Shown here piece after piece: positions 54,400 to 64,000 of a DNA stretch of 64,000 bases. A program made the translations under genes and the position numbers. This DNA is from Candidatus Zhuqueibacterota bacterium. Its GTDB lineage: Bacteria > Zhuqueibacterota > Zhuqueibacteria > Thermofontimicrobiales > Thermofontimicrobiaceae. Each line of letters opens with the position of its first letter. The stretch's first letter is position 1. The notes under the pieces were generated by a model. It was not told the origin of the DNA and searched no databases. It worked only from the letters and a program-made list of their open reading frames with translations. The stretch is from the NCBI GenBank assembly GCA_049322915.1, contig JBMOPW010000011.1:1-64000 (forward strand), written 5' to 3'.

Positions 54400-56031
54400 T
54401 TACATTTCCTTTTTCCAGGTCTGGATTAACCGCTCTTTCTTCAGTCCCTGTTGAATGAATTCCCAGGGAAGTTTCGCATCGGCGTCGCGGTTTTGATAGA
54501 GCAGGTGTTCAACATCAATTTCAGCCATGCGCCAGGCCGTATCCCAATCCACATTCTGGTTTATTTTTAAGTAGATGGCCTGCGCCACTTTCTGATCGCC
54601 CAATGAAAACACCCCCTGCAGGATTTCATCTTTGATACTTTTCTCAGGGAAAAGCACACCGGGCAATTTTGTAAAAACTGACTTGAGGTGCTTTCGTTTC
54701 TTCTGAATTTCTTTTGGCCGTTCCATTTTCGACCATTGGAACGGCGTGAATGGTTTGGGGATGAATGTATTCACACTGACGGACATGGTCTGCTTTTTCG
54801 ATTTCATGCGGTGGATGCGAGCCACCATGTCCGCTATGCCGACGATATCGTCCATCGTCTCGCCGGGCAGGCCGATCATGAAATATAATTTAATATGCGA
54901 CATATTCGACCCGGCGATGATTGACGCTGCGTGATAAATCTGCTCATCCGATAGTTTTTTATTAATGCGGGTGCGCATTCCTTCTGTACCGGCTTCAGGG
55001 GCGAAGCTGAGGGATTTCACCAGCCCGCGATCCAGCACGGCCATGAAATCCTCGGTGATCTTATCCAACCGGAACGAGGATAATCCCAACTCATACCCGC
55101 GATTGACCAGTTCGCTGCACAATTCATACAGCCGGGGGTAATCGGAAAGCGCCGAGCCAATCAGCCCCACGCGTTGAGCACCCTGGCCATGAGTTTCAAC
55201 CGTATCGAGAATGACTTCGATTGGAAAAATCCGAAGCGGAAAATAGACATGGCTCGCCGCGCAAAAGTGGCACAGCCGCCCGCATCCGCGACCGACTTCG
55301 ACCAGGAACATATCCCTGAAGTGAATGTCCGGGCCAATCACCGCTGAATACTGGGGCAGTTGACTTTCGAACTTGTACGCCGGTTTTTGCAGGTCCTGTC
55401 CCGGCCGGTCGAAGAAAGTCGAATGGACGCCGGGAATATCAACGAGCGAGGCCAGAAAATCCTGTCGATCAGTTCTCTCCGCCCGATGGTGCTGCAATCG
55501 CTCCATCAGTTGGACTAATTGCGGCTCGATTTCGCCGATGAACATGAAGTCAAAGAACGGCTCAACAGGCGCCGGATTGATGAAACAGATGGCGCCGCCG
55601 GCAATGACCATTGGCTCGCGCGCGTGGCGTTTTTCTGCAAACGGCTCGATTCCCGCCGACAACAACATCTCAACAACATGCGGGAAGTCCAGCTCAAACG
55701 AGACAGAGAACGCAACGACATCAAAGTGGCGAAGCTCCTGGCCTGATTCCAGAGTTCGGGTAAAACGAGGCAGGCGCGTTTCGTAAAAAGCCCGCTCGCA
55801 GCGGACATCCGGCAACTCATTCAACAGGCGATACAATGCCTGAAATCCGAGGTTGGACATTCCGACAGCATAGGAATTCGGAAATACCAGCGCGATGGAC
55901 AGTGGAGCTTCGGGCCGAACCGTTACGCTCGACTTTTCCCGCTGCAGCAGCGATTCCCTGTAGTCCCTGTAAGAATTCACCTCAGATTTTTTCATACGAA
56001 CATCAATGGGAGCGCCGCGCCATTTTTTCAA
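54400..56031 (-). CDS. B12-binding-like radical SAM protein (start uncertain)
   Basis: FPNSYAVGMSNLG, EVGRGCGRLCHFC (CxxxCxxC), APEAGT, KLYFMIGLPGET, FIPKPFTPFQW. Confidence 0.85.
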   Translation of the reverse strand: MKKWRGAPIDVRMKKSEVNSYRDYRESLLQREKSSVTVRPEAPLSIALVFPNSYAVGMSNLGFQALYRLLNELPDVRCERAFYETRLPRFTRTLESGQELRHFDVVAFSVSFELDFPHVVEMLLSAGIEPFAEKRHAREPMVIAGGAICFINPAPVEPFFDFMFIGEIEPQLVQLMERLQHHRAERTDRQDFLASLVDIPGVHSTFFDRPGQDLQKPAYKFESQLPQYSAVIGPDIHFRDMFLVEVGRGCGRLCHFCAASHVYFPLRIFPIEVILDTVETHGQGAQRVGLIGSALSDYPRLYELCSELVNRGYELGLSSFRLDKITEDFMAVLDRGLVKSLSFAPEAGTEGMRTRINKKLSDEQIYHAASIIAGSNMSHIKLYFMIGLPGETMDDIVGIADMVARIHRMKSKKQTMSVSVNTFIPKPFTPFQWSKMERPKEIQKKRKHLKSVFTKLPGVLFPEKSIKDEILQGVFSLGDQKVAQAIYLKINQNVDWDTAWRMAEIDVEHLLYQNRDADAKLPWEFIQQGLKKERLIQTWKKEM

Positions 56032-56117
56032 CGGTGACCGGTTGGGGTGTATTCATCAGAAAAAAAACACGGCGCTCCCGCCTTTTGGTGATGTGATATA
56101 TGTGAAAAGTGTTCCGC

Positions 56118-57359
56118 TTACATTTCCATGCGCCGACGCAAAAACGTGGGCAGTTCGTAATTATCGGTTTTGGAACCGCCATCGCTCTCATCCGGAAAAT
56201 CGAATTCCGGATCGCGGCTCGTTCCGTTCAATTTGATTTTTCCGTGGCCGTTGCCATTACCGTTGCCATTTCCATTACCAGAGATAGCCTCCAGCTCGCT
56301 CTGCCGCTGGTAGGTCGGAATATCCAGGTAGTCAATCGTCGTATGAATAAAATCCATCTTCTTTCGCGCGCCGGCCAGCTTCTGTTTGCGGTTGTTCTGA
56401 TTGAAACCTGTGGCAATGACCGTGACGCGGATCTGATCTTTGAACTGGTCATCGATCACAGCGCCGACAATCACATTGGCATCCTGTCCCACGGCTTCCT
56501 GAATGATACTGGCAGCAAGGTCCACTTCGCTCAGCGTGAGGTCTTCGCCGCCGGTGATATTCACTAGCAAGCCCAGCGCGCCTGCAATGGAAACCTCTTC
56601 CAGCAGCGGACTGGAAATGGCGTTTTTAGCAGCTTCGGACGCTTTGTTATCTCCCGTCGCCACAGCCGATCCCATCAACGCATCGCCCATTTCGGACATG
56701 ACCGTTTTCACATCAGCAAAATCGAGATTGATGAGTCCGGGCACGGAGATCAAATCGGAAATGCCCTTGGTCGCATTGAACAGCACGTCATCGGCCATTT
56801 GAAATGCTTTGTTCAGCCGCGTATCCTTGGAAACGATGGAAAGAAGGCGCTGGTTCGGGATCACGATGAGCGTATCAACGCGTTCCTTCAATTCCGCCAG
56901 ACCTTCCTCAGCGCGCGCCATGCGTTTGGGGCCTTCAAAGTGAAACGGTTTGGTCACAATGCCCACGGTGAGCGCGCCGAGGTCTTTGGCGATTTCAGCG
57001 ACGATGGGCGCCGCACCGGTGCCGGTGCCGCCACCCATTCCAGCGGTCACAAAAACCATATCCGTGTCTTTCAACGCATTGAACACCGCGTCTTTGTCTT
57101 CTTCCACAGCGCGACGGCCAACCTCCGGATTCGCTCCGGCGCCGAGGCCTTTGGTTGAATTTCTTCCGATCTGCAATCGAATGGGCGCTTTGCAAATATT
57201 CAGCGCCTGCAAATCGGTATTTACAGCAATAAACTCCACGCCGGTGAGCCCTGCGGAGATCATGCGATTCACTGCATTGCCCCCGGCGCCTCCAACGCCA
57301 ATCACTTTCATCTTGGCGGTTGGGGTGCTCGATTCATCAAAATTAAATGTAAGACTCAT
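56118..57359 (-). CDS. ftsZ: Cell division protein FtsZ
   Basis: [28 protein letters not shown]-terminal PTFLRR. Confidence 0.97.
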   Translation of the reverse strand: MSLTFNFDESSTPTAKMKVIGVGGAGGNAVNRMISAGLTGVEFIAVNTDLQALNICKAPIRLQIGRNSTKGLGAGANPEVGRRAVEEDKDAVFNALKDTDMVFVTAGMGGGTGTGAAPIVAEIAKDLGALTVGIVTKPFHFEGPKRMARAEEGLAELKERVDTLIVIPNQRLLSIVSKDTRLNKAFQMADDVLFNATKGISDLISVPGLINLDFADVKTVMSEMGDALMGSAVATGDNKASEAAKNAISSPLLEEVSIAGALGLLVNITGGEDLTLSEVDLAASIIQEAVGQDANVIVGAVIDDQFKDQIRVTVIATGFNQNNRKQKLAGARKKMDFIHTTIDYLDIPTYQRQSELEAISGNGNGNGNGNGHGKIKLNGTSRDPEFDFPDESDGGSKTDNYELPTFLRRRMEM

Positions 57360-57605
57360 AATGTGCCCTCCCCAATTGAATGGGTCATTTTATACGCAGT
57401 CAGTATCTGTCTTTTCCTGGCTCACTGACAGTTTATTCCTCAATATGTTGTTTAATTTTTGTCCTCAAAAGACCTGGTAATTCAAAAAATTTCCACTAAA
57501 ATTACAACCGTCACCGGCCATTCACTCGCATCCGAAACCGGACAAAGCAGCCGTCGGAATTCGATGCGAAGGACGCCTTTTTCAGGTGGCCGGTGAATTG
57601 CGTTT

Positions 57606-58856
57606 CTACGAGAACCAGCCTTTCATTCGCTCCCAGACGCGATCGAAAAGGCCAATCTCGCCTTCATTCAAAATGCCATCTAATTCAGATCGACCATTGA
57701 CTGCATAGAGTATCAGGCCAACGCCAGTCGCGTGAATCGGACTTTGCGCCAGATCGATGAGTCCGACGAAGCCCTTGGGAATGCCCAGCTTCACCGGCAT
57801 GTCAAAAACCTCCTCAGCCAGTTCAACGGCGCCCGGCAGCATTGCGCCGCCGCCGGTGATCACCAGACCAGCCGTCATCATATTGGCAAATTCCGATTTC
57901 CTGATTTCGCCGGCGGCAAGTCGAAAGATCTCCTCCATGCGCGGATTGATAATATCGACCAGCAATTCCTGCGCAACGCGCCGTGGCGGCCGGTCTCCCA
58001 CGCCGGGAATCTCCACGGTTGACTCTTTTCCCTTCAGGTGGGTATGCAGGACGAGGCCGGCTTTTCGTTTGACAAGTTCCGCCTGATCCAGCGGAGTGCG
58101 CAGGCACAGGGCAATATCATGAGTCACATTGCCGCCGCCCAGAGCAACGACCGCTGTATGACGGATGCATCCCTCGAAAAACATGGCGATATCCGTAGTT
58201 CCTCCGCCGACGTCCATGACAACCACACCAAGCTCTTTTTCATCATCACTGAGCACGGAGTAGCTCGACGCCAGAGGTTCCAGAACCAGATCTTTGACAT
58301 CAAATCCAGCGCGTTCAACGCTTCGAATGATATTCTGTGCGGATGTAATGGCGCCAGTCACAATATGAACCTCAGTCTCCAATCGTACGCCCGACATGCC
58401 CAATGGATCTTTTATACCGCGCTGATCATCCACGATGAACTCCTGCGGAATGATATGAATGATCTCCCGATCGATCGGCATCACAACCGCCTTGGCCGCA
58501 TCGATCGCGCGTCGAACATCATCCTCGGTAATCTCATTATCCGGCCCGGCAACAGCAACGACGCCGCGTCCGTTGTAACTGCGGATGTGATCACCGGCGA
58601 TTCCAACGTAGACCTGATTGACCTGAATACCTGCCATCTGTTCGGCTTTTTCCACGGCTAATTCAATGGAACGAACGGTTTTTTCGAGGTTGACAACCAC
58701 GCCTTTCCGCAATCCTTCGGAGGGCGCAGTGCCAACGCCGACAATCTTTGGCAGCTCACCCTCCGAGACCTCGGCGATGATGACGCCAATTTTTGTCGTT
58801 CCAATGTCAAGGCCGGTAATAAATTCGGTACCTGCCATCAGGTTTCTCCTTTTCAC
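57606..58856 (-). CDS. ftsA: Cell division protein FtsA
   Basis: GLDIGTTK, DVGGGTTD, ITGGGA; upstream of ftsZ. Confidence 0.96.
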   Translation of the reverse strand: MKRRNLMAGTEFITGLDIGTTKIGVIIAEVSEGELPKIVGVGTAPSEGLRKGVVVNLEKTVRSIELAVEKAEQMAGIQVNQVYVGIAGDHIRSYNGRGVVAVAGPDNEITEDDVRRAIDAAKAVVMPIDREIIHIIPQEFIVDDQRGIKDPLGMSGVRLETEVHIVTGAITSAQNIIRSVERAGFDVKDLVLEPLASSYSVLSDDEKELGVVVMDVGGGTTDIAMFFEGCIRHTAVVALGGGNVTHDIALCLRTPLDQAELVKRKAGLVLHTHLKGKESTVEIPGVGDRPPRRVAQELLVDIINPRMEEIFRLAAGEIRKSEFANMMTAGLVITGGGAMLPGAVELAEEVFDMPVKLGIPKGFVGLIDLAQSPIHATGVGLILYAVNGRSELDGILNEGEIGLFDRVWERMKGWFS

Positions 58857-59587
58857 TTATATTTCACAATCACCTGGTCCTTATACCTCAAATCAAGGGC
58901 CAGTACTTTATTCAAATCACCTTGCTTTTTCAGTTGTAGGTAGACCTTTGAAAGATTAAATAATTTCTGGGCGAACATCGATTTGCCCAAAATTATCATG
59001 GCGCGCTTGCCTTTCAGGAAAAGAACGATGCCGCGATCCTGCTGAAAATGCAGCTCGGAAATTTCATGGGATAGCACAAAATCCCGGGCGCGAAGCTCAT
59101 TGAGAATGGCCGCCGCCTGTTTGATATAATGCGGTTGCTTCGGAATTCGTCCACCGGCCGGACTCTCATGGAACGATAGCCCGGTGATGACCGGCAAATC
59201 GTACAGCGCTCTGGGCGAATAGTCTTCGATGACAGTGCCATCCGGCTGGACAGCCGCGAGCAGCGAACCGCTGATGGACGCAACGAGCCGTTTTTCCTTA
59301 ATTTTTATCTTCAGCGCTGACGGAAGGAATCGACTCACGCTCACCTTTTCAACCATCGGGTTCCTTTTGATCCGGGCTTCAATTTCACCCGTGTCGACTT
59401 TAAAAATATCTTTGCCGAATTCGATTTGGGCCTGGCTCAATATTTCCATCTCAGAAACCAATTGATTATTATGCACGCGGGCAGATTTCAGAATGAACGC
59501 ATCATTCTTCCGGAACCAAACGAAGGTCAGAATAAGCATCAATGCAATGAGCGCAATGCCGGTGGATATTTTAATTATTTTTTCCAT
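58853..59587 (-). CDS. ftsQ: Cell division protein FtsQ/DivIB
   Basis: Single TM, POTRA (NPMVEKVSVSRFLPSALKIKIKE), C-terminal DLRYKDQVIV; synteny. Confidence 0.88.
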   Translation of the reverse strand: MEKIIKISTGIALIALMLILTFVWFRKNDAFILKSARVHNNQLVSEMEILSQAQIEFGKDIFKVDTGEIEARIKRNPMVEKVSVSRFLPSALKIKIKEKRLVASISGSLLAAVQPDGTVIEDYSPRALYDLPVITGLSFHESPAGGRIPKQPHYIKQAAAILNELRARDFVLSHEISELHFQQDRGIVLFLKGKRAMIILGKSMFAQKLFNLSKVYLQLKKQGDLNKVLALDLRYKDQVIVKYK

Positions 59588-59877
59588 GATCTGACCCCAG
59601 TAATTACTTGACTTGCTCGTGTTATCAATTGACGAGCACCTATCAATTTGCAATCATTTCTCATTTTTCAAAACTATCTTCGGGGCGCCACCGATCGGCG
59701 CTGATTATGGCGGAGAGACTGTCTCGGACCTTTCCGGTGAATTCATTGTTCAAAACAATCCGCCATTCAATGATTTCAATCAGTCGCGTTCCGACTTTTT
59801 TTTCCCCTGGAAATTAACTCGTTTCCAAGACAGTCTCCCATTGTGCCGCCCCGTGTCAAACTAAAAAACGTCCCTTT

Positions 59878-61098
59878 TTATCTTCTCTTCTTCTTCCTCA
59901 AGCTCCTGGCGTTTGCGCTGGTGACATAATTATTTCGGGAAAGAGCGACGCGCCCATTGGCGTCTCCGTTTAATTGCGACGATATATTCAACAACACGCC
60001 CACTGCAACAAAATGCACCACCAGCGAACTCCCACCGTAGCTGATGAAGGGCATGGTGATACCCGTGACCGGGAGTAAATTCAGAGCGACGCCGGCATTG
60101 AACCAGGCGAAAATGATAATCGAAGACGTCATTCCCAGCGCCAACAATTGCCCTTCACGATCCGGCGCGTGAGATGCGATCCATAATCCGCGCCACAAGA
60201 AGGCGAGGAACAAAATCAGGAGCAGGACACAGCCAATCAGGCCAATCTCTTCCCCCACGATGGAGAAGATAAAATCGGTGAAAGGCTGCGGCAGGAAATG
60301 AAGCTTCTGCCGGCTATTGCCCAAACCGACGCCGAAAAGCCCGCCATTGGCGAACGAAATCAGGGATTGCGTCACCTGCCAGGGCGGCTCCTGCAAACCG
60401 CGAACTGCGTCCACGAATTTCATGAGCCTGATTTTCTGATATGGAAATGTGGTCAGCAAAAAGCCCACCAGCGTCAGTGCAGAAATGCCAAGCCCGGCCA
60501 AGTGATAGATACTGGCGCCAGCCACAAAAATGAGCATTGTGCTGATGATGAACGTGAGCATGCCGGTGCCCAGGTCCGGTTCCATCAGAATTGGGATGAC
60601 AATGAGCGCGATGATGAACAGCGTCGGTAATAATCCTTCGCTGAAATTTTTGATCCGCTCCCCCTTCTTGACCAAGAACGTCGATAGAAAAAGAATGAGT
60701 ACGTACTTGGCGATCTCCGACGGCTGAAATACCACACCCAGCAGGTCAATGGAACGACGGCTCCCTTTGTGGAAATTGCCGGCAAACAGCACGTACATCA
60801 GCATAATGAATGTGGCCGCCATCAGCAGCGGCGCAATCCGTTGAAGGGTGTGATAATCGATTTGCATGACCAGCACCATCAGCACGAGACCCAGGAAGAG
60901 CCGGAATAACTGCTTTTCCAGAAAATAATGGCTGTTGCCAAGCGCCTCCTTCGCTTTGAAATTACTGGCGCTATAAATTGCCGCTGTGCCGTACGCCGCT
61001 AACAACAGCACGATGATGAGCAGCAGCATATCGTACTTGACCAGGCCTGTGAATAGGCGTCGTCGTGTCGGCTGCCGTTTTAACTTCAATTTTACCAA
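59878..61098 (-). CDS. ftsW: SEDS peptidoglycan polymerase FtsW
   Basis: FQPSEIAK, EPDLG, GVGLGNSRQK, TDFIFSIVGEE, PFISYGGSS. Confidence 0.94.
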   Translation of the reverse strand: MVKLKLKRQPTRRRLFTGLVKYDMLLLIIVLLLAAYGTAAIYSASNFKAKEALGNSHYFLEKQLFRLFLGLVLMVLVMQIDYHTLQRIAPLLMAATFIMLMYVLFAGNFHKGSRRSIDLLGVVFQPSEIAKYVLILFLSTFLVKKGERIKNFSEGLLPTLFIIALIVIPILMEPDLGTGMLTFIISTMLIFVAGASIYHLAGLGISALTLVGFLLTTFPYQKIRLMKFVDAVRGLQEPPWQVTQSLISFANGGLFGVGLGNSRQKLHFLPQPFTDFIFSIVGEEIGLIGCVLLLILFLAFLWRGLWIASHAPDREGQLLALGMTSSIIIFAWFNAGVALNLLPVTGITMPFISYGGSSLVVHFVAVGVLLNISSQLNGDANGRVALSRNNYVTSANARSLRKKKRR

Positions 61099-61291
61099 AT
61101 TTCAAATCCTACAATCTGATGAATGCTTTCAACTTTATTTCATACCTGCCGCCATCCCGGTTTTTGCCTGGCTGCTGGCGACTCTTGAAAAGACAATCGC
61201 CCGGTCATCGGGCGTACTGCGCACCGGTCGGATTCGACAGAACATCAGGGACAGGCTCCAACTTTTTCCTTCCTCGCAAAGTCCCCGGTAA

Positions 61292-62380
61292 TCAACGGAC
61301 CTTGAACGTGCTCAAGGTCAATAGCACAAGCAGGATTCCCACAATCCAAAATCGAATCACCACTTGTGATTCATGCCAATTCTTCAGTTCGTAATGGTGA
61401 TGCAGCGGCGCCATTTTGAACAACCGCTTTCCACCGGTTTTCCTGAAATAGTAGACCTGCAAAATAACGGACAGCGTCTCTGCAACAAAGACACCACCGA
61501 TGATGATCAAAAACAATTCCTTTTTCAGCAGAATGGCCATGGTGCCAATGGCGCCTCCCAGGGCGAGTGACCCGGTATCGCCCATGAACACCTGAGCCGG
61601 ATGACAATTGAACCAGAGAAATCCCAACGACGCGCCAATGAGCGCGGCGGAATAGACCGTCAACTCGCCGGCGCCGGGCAGATGGACGATATTCAGGTAA
61701 TCGCTCAACACGGCGTTTCCTGTAATGTAGCTGATGCCGGCCCAGGCCATGGCGGTGATCCCAACCAGGCCAATGGCCAGACCATCCAGCCCATCGGTCA
61801 GATTGACGGCATTCGATGTGGCCGTGATGATGAAAACCACGACCGGGATGTACAGGTACCCAAAATCAATCATATAATTTTTGAAAAATGGCACCGTGGA
61901 CAGGGTTCGAAATTCTTTCATGTCGGGATGAAAATAAAGCACACTGCCGATGATCAATCCCAGCGCAACCTGTCCGACCATTTTGTAGCGGCCGATAAGC
62001 CCCTTTGGTTTTTTCTTCACAACCTTCAAAAAATCATCGAGGAAACCGACAAGCCCCATCCACACGGTGGCCAGGATAATGAGCAGCACATAGACATTGT
62101 CCAGCCGGGCGAACAGCAACGTCGGGATCAGGATCGAAATCAGGACGATCATTCCCCCCATCGTCGGCGTTCCAGCCTTTTTCAAATGCGTCTGCGGTCC
62201 GTCCGTGCGCACTTTTTCGCCGATCTGTTTTCTCTTCAGCATATTGATAATGAGGGGCCCGATAAAGAAACTAATCAGCAGCGCGAAAATCGCTGCAGAA
62301 GCAGAGCGAAACGTAATATATCTAAAAATGTTGAAGCCGGAAATTACGTCTCTCAGCGGGTACAGTAAGTGATAGAACAT
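61292..62380 (-). CDS. mraY: Phospho-N-acetylmuramoyl-pentapeptide transferase
   Basis: GTPTMGG, GFLDD, SNAVNLTDGLDGLA, FMGDTGS, MAPLHHHYE. Confidence 0.97.
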   Translation of the reverse strand: MFYHLLYPLRDVISGFNIFRYITFRSASAAIFALLISFFIGPLIINMLKRKQIGEKVRTDGPQTHLKKAGTPTMGGMIVLISILIPTLLFARLDNVYVLLIILATVWMGLVGFLDDFLKVVKKKPKGLIGRYKMVGQVALGLIIGSVLYFHPDMKEFRTLSTVPFFKNYMIDFGYLYIPVVVFIITATSNAVNLTDGLDGLAIGLVGITAMAWAGISYITGNAVLSDYLNIVHLPGAGELTVYSAALIGASLGFLWFNCHPAQVFMGDTGSLALGGAIGTMAILLKKELFLIIIGGVFVAETLSVILQVYYFRKTGGKRLFKMAPLHHHYELKNWHESQVVIRFWIVGILLVLLTLSTFKVR

Positions 62381-62400
62381 TCGTTCATCCCTGTGATAAA

Positions 62401-63783
62401 TTAATGTCCTGCAATGTGATTAGTGACATCTTCCATCGCCATCCCCCGGGAACCTTTTACAAGCACAAGATCGTTCTCCTGAACAATATTTCTGAGATGA
62501 TTCACCAGCGCCTGTTTGGTGGCAAAATGTATTGCATTCTTCAAACCCAACCGCGCTGCGGTTTCTGTCGTATGGGTGGACATGGGGCCCACTGTCAGAA
62601 GAAAATCTATGTTGTTCAATGCAACTACGTACTCACCAATGCCCTTGTGTTCCTGCTCTGCCCATTGACCCAATTCCAGCATGTCCGCCAACACGGCTAT
62701 TCTGCGGCCGCGGGTTTCCGTCTGCGACAGCGTTTGCAGCGCCTTTTTCGCGGACGCCGGATTGGAATTATAACAATCATTGATGATGACAATTCCCTCG
62801 TGACGAATGATCTCCATTCGTTTCGAAGTGGGCAGGAATTTTTCCAGCGCCGTTTTCACCTGAACCATGTTTAAATCGAACTCCAGCCCCACTGCCACTG
62901 CTGCTAACGCATTGTAGATGTTATGCATCCCTGAAATCCCCAGTTTAATTTCTGTATTATTAACTGTAAAACTGGCTCGCCCATCCTGATCCAGCCCGAT
63001 GAAACGCCCCTGCACATTTGCCGGTCGCTCGAATCCAAATGTCACCACTTTCCTGACGTCGGGGAGAGCATCGCACAAATTTGGATCATCCACATTCACG
63101 AACGCGGTCTGTCCGTCGCGCGATAAATAATCCCACAGTTCCCGTTTCGCTTTTGAAACGCCCTGTAACGATCCAAAAAATTCCAGGTGCGCCGGGCCGA
63201 TGTTGGTGATGAGCCCGTGAGTTGGCGCTGCGATTTCAGCAAGACGAGCTATTTCTCCGAAATTGCTTGTGCCCATTTCTATGACCGCAACCGTGTGGCC
63301 TTGTTCCAGACTGAGCAACGAAAGTGGAACACCCACGTGATTGTTCAAATTGCCTTTATTTTTATGAACCTGAAATTTCGCGGACAACACATTGGACACC
63401 ATCTCTTTGGTCGTGGTTTTACCGTTGCTGCCGGTCAACGCCAGCACCGGCAGTTGAAATTTCATCCGGTGGTAATGACTGATTTCCTGCAACGCCAGCA
63501 GTGTATCATCGACGACGAGCAGATTGTAGCCATAGTGCGATTCCTGCGCCTCCAGCCATGTGCGGGAGACGACGCATATCCGTTGATTGTTCTTTGCCAT
63601 ATCCGGAATGAACTGATGCCCATCGAATCGCTCGCCTTTAATGGCGATGAAAATTTCGCCGGGCTGAATGGATCGGGAATCGATTGAAAATCCACTGACC
63701 GGCCGGCTGAGCAACGCAGCATCGCCGCGGTACTCGAACCGACATTGTTTTATATCGAGCAGTTCTTTCGGTTTCATAGTCAT
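62401..63783 (-). CDS. murF: UDP-MurNAc-tripeptide D-Ala-D-Ala ligase
   Basis: IDSRSI, TGSNGKTTTKEM, NNHVGVP, EMG, NDCYNSNP, KGSRGM. Confidence 0.94.
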   Translation of the reverse strand: MTMKPKELLDIKQCRFEYRGDAALLSRPVSGFSIDSRSIQPGEIFIAIKGERFDGHQFIPDMAKNNQRICVVSRTWLEAQESHYGYNLLVVDDTLLALQEISHYHRMKFQLPVLALTGSNGKTTTKEMVSNVLSAKFQVHKNKGNLNNHVGVPLSLLSLEQGHTVAVIEMGTSNFGEIARLAEIAAPTHGLITNIGPAHLEFFGSLQGVSKAKRELWDYLSRDGQTAFVNVDDPNLCDALPDVRKVVTFGFERPANVQGRFIGLDQDGRASFTVNNTEIKLGISGMHNIYNALAAVAVGLEFDLNMVQVKTALEKFLPTSKRMEIIRHEGIVIINDCYNSNPASAKKALQTLSQTETRGRRIAVLADMLELGQWAEQEHKGIGEYVVALNNIDFLLTVGPMSTHTTETAARLGLKNAIHFATKQALVNHLRNIVQENDLVLVKGSRGMAMEDVTNHIAGH

Positions 63784-63801
63784 GAAAATGCCTCCACCTC
63801 A

Positions 63802-64000
63802 TCACCAGCTTTTTATTTCAGCCAAATCGATTGCCGGCTCACATTCCACCACGCAGCGCGCGCCGACACGTATCTTTCTCATGGGTTCCGGCGCCTGTCG
63901 TTTCACCTGACCACTGCCGTGAACCACCACGCGCAATCCCTTTCGGGACATTTCCGACACAGCATCCCGCAGGCTCAAACCGATGACCGACGGCACAACC
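63802..64000 (-). CDS. ftsI: C-terminal PASTA domain of a class B PBP (probably FtsI), truncated by the window edge
   Basis: VPSVIGLSLRDA..GL..GSGQVKRQAP is a PASTA pattern; position at the head of the dcw genes. Confidence 0.7.
   Translation of the reverse strand, partial: VVPSVIGLSLRDAVSEMSRKGLRVVVHGSGQVKRQAPEPMRKIRVGARCVVECEPAIDLAEIKSW

Noticed and set aside
56244..56282. [11 protein letters not shown] low-complexity repeat in FtsZ
   Set aside because: It lies in the normally variable disordered C-terminal linker.
1..64000. tRNA, rRNA, prophage or known anti-phage defence genes
   Set aside because: No such sequences or motifs were recognised by eye.

Overview
Bacterial genomic window, probably from an FCB-superphylum lineage outside Bacteroidota such as candidate division KSB1 or Calditrichota. 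This is inferred from T9SS-like C-terminal domains and PorV-like barrels occurring together with strong Shine-Dalgarno sites and TTGACA/TATAAT promoters. (1) 1-2410 is a mobile-DNA scar: an IS21-type end, an integron attC site, an AT-rich cassette-like gene for a membrane-anchored C25/gingipain-like protein, and a reverse-oriented group IIC intron D5/D6 remnant. (2) 2428-32317 is a ~30 kb outer-membrane locus. It holds three tandem copies of a triad [TonB-dependent transporter - ~1000-1200 aa secreted protein with a variant CTD - PorV/PorQ-like barrel], a small beta-barrel, a GWxTD-family protein and a divergently transcribed FG-GAP/CTD protein. It has no SusD or enzymes and is the best candidate for an uncharacterised system. 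(3) 32.4-54 kb holds an SGNH esterase, a fur-feoB-dtxR/feoA operon with a Fur box, a PDZ-membrane-GAF-PP2C phosphatase, several secreted proteins (BNR propeller, CBM9-like, CotH, class A serine hydrolase fusion, GH9-CE4 fusion), a cold-shock protein and a pseudo-receiver histidine kinase. REP/MITE-type repeats are scattered through this part. (4) 54.4-64 kb holds a radical SAM gene and a dcw cluster reading ftsI-murF-mraY-ftsW-ftsQ-ftsA-ftsZ, with murE, murD, murG, murC and murB/ddl missing from their usual positions. All calls come from reading motifs by eye; no database searches were run.
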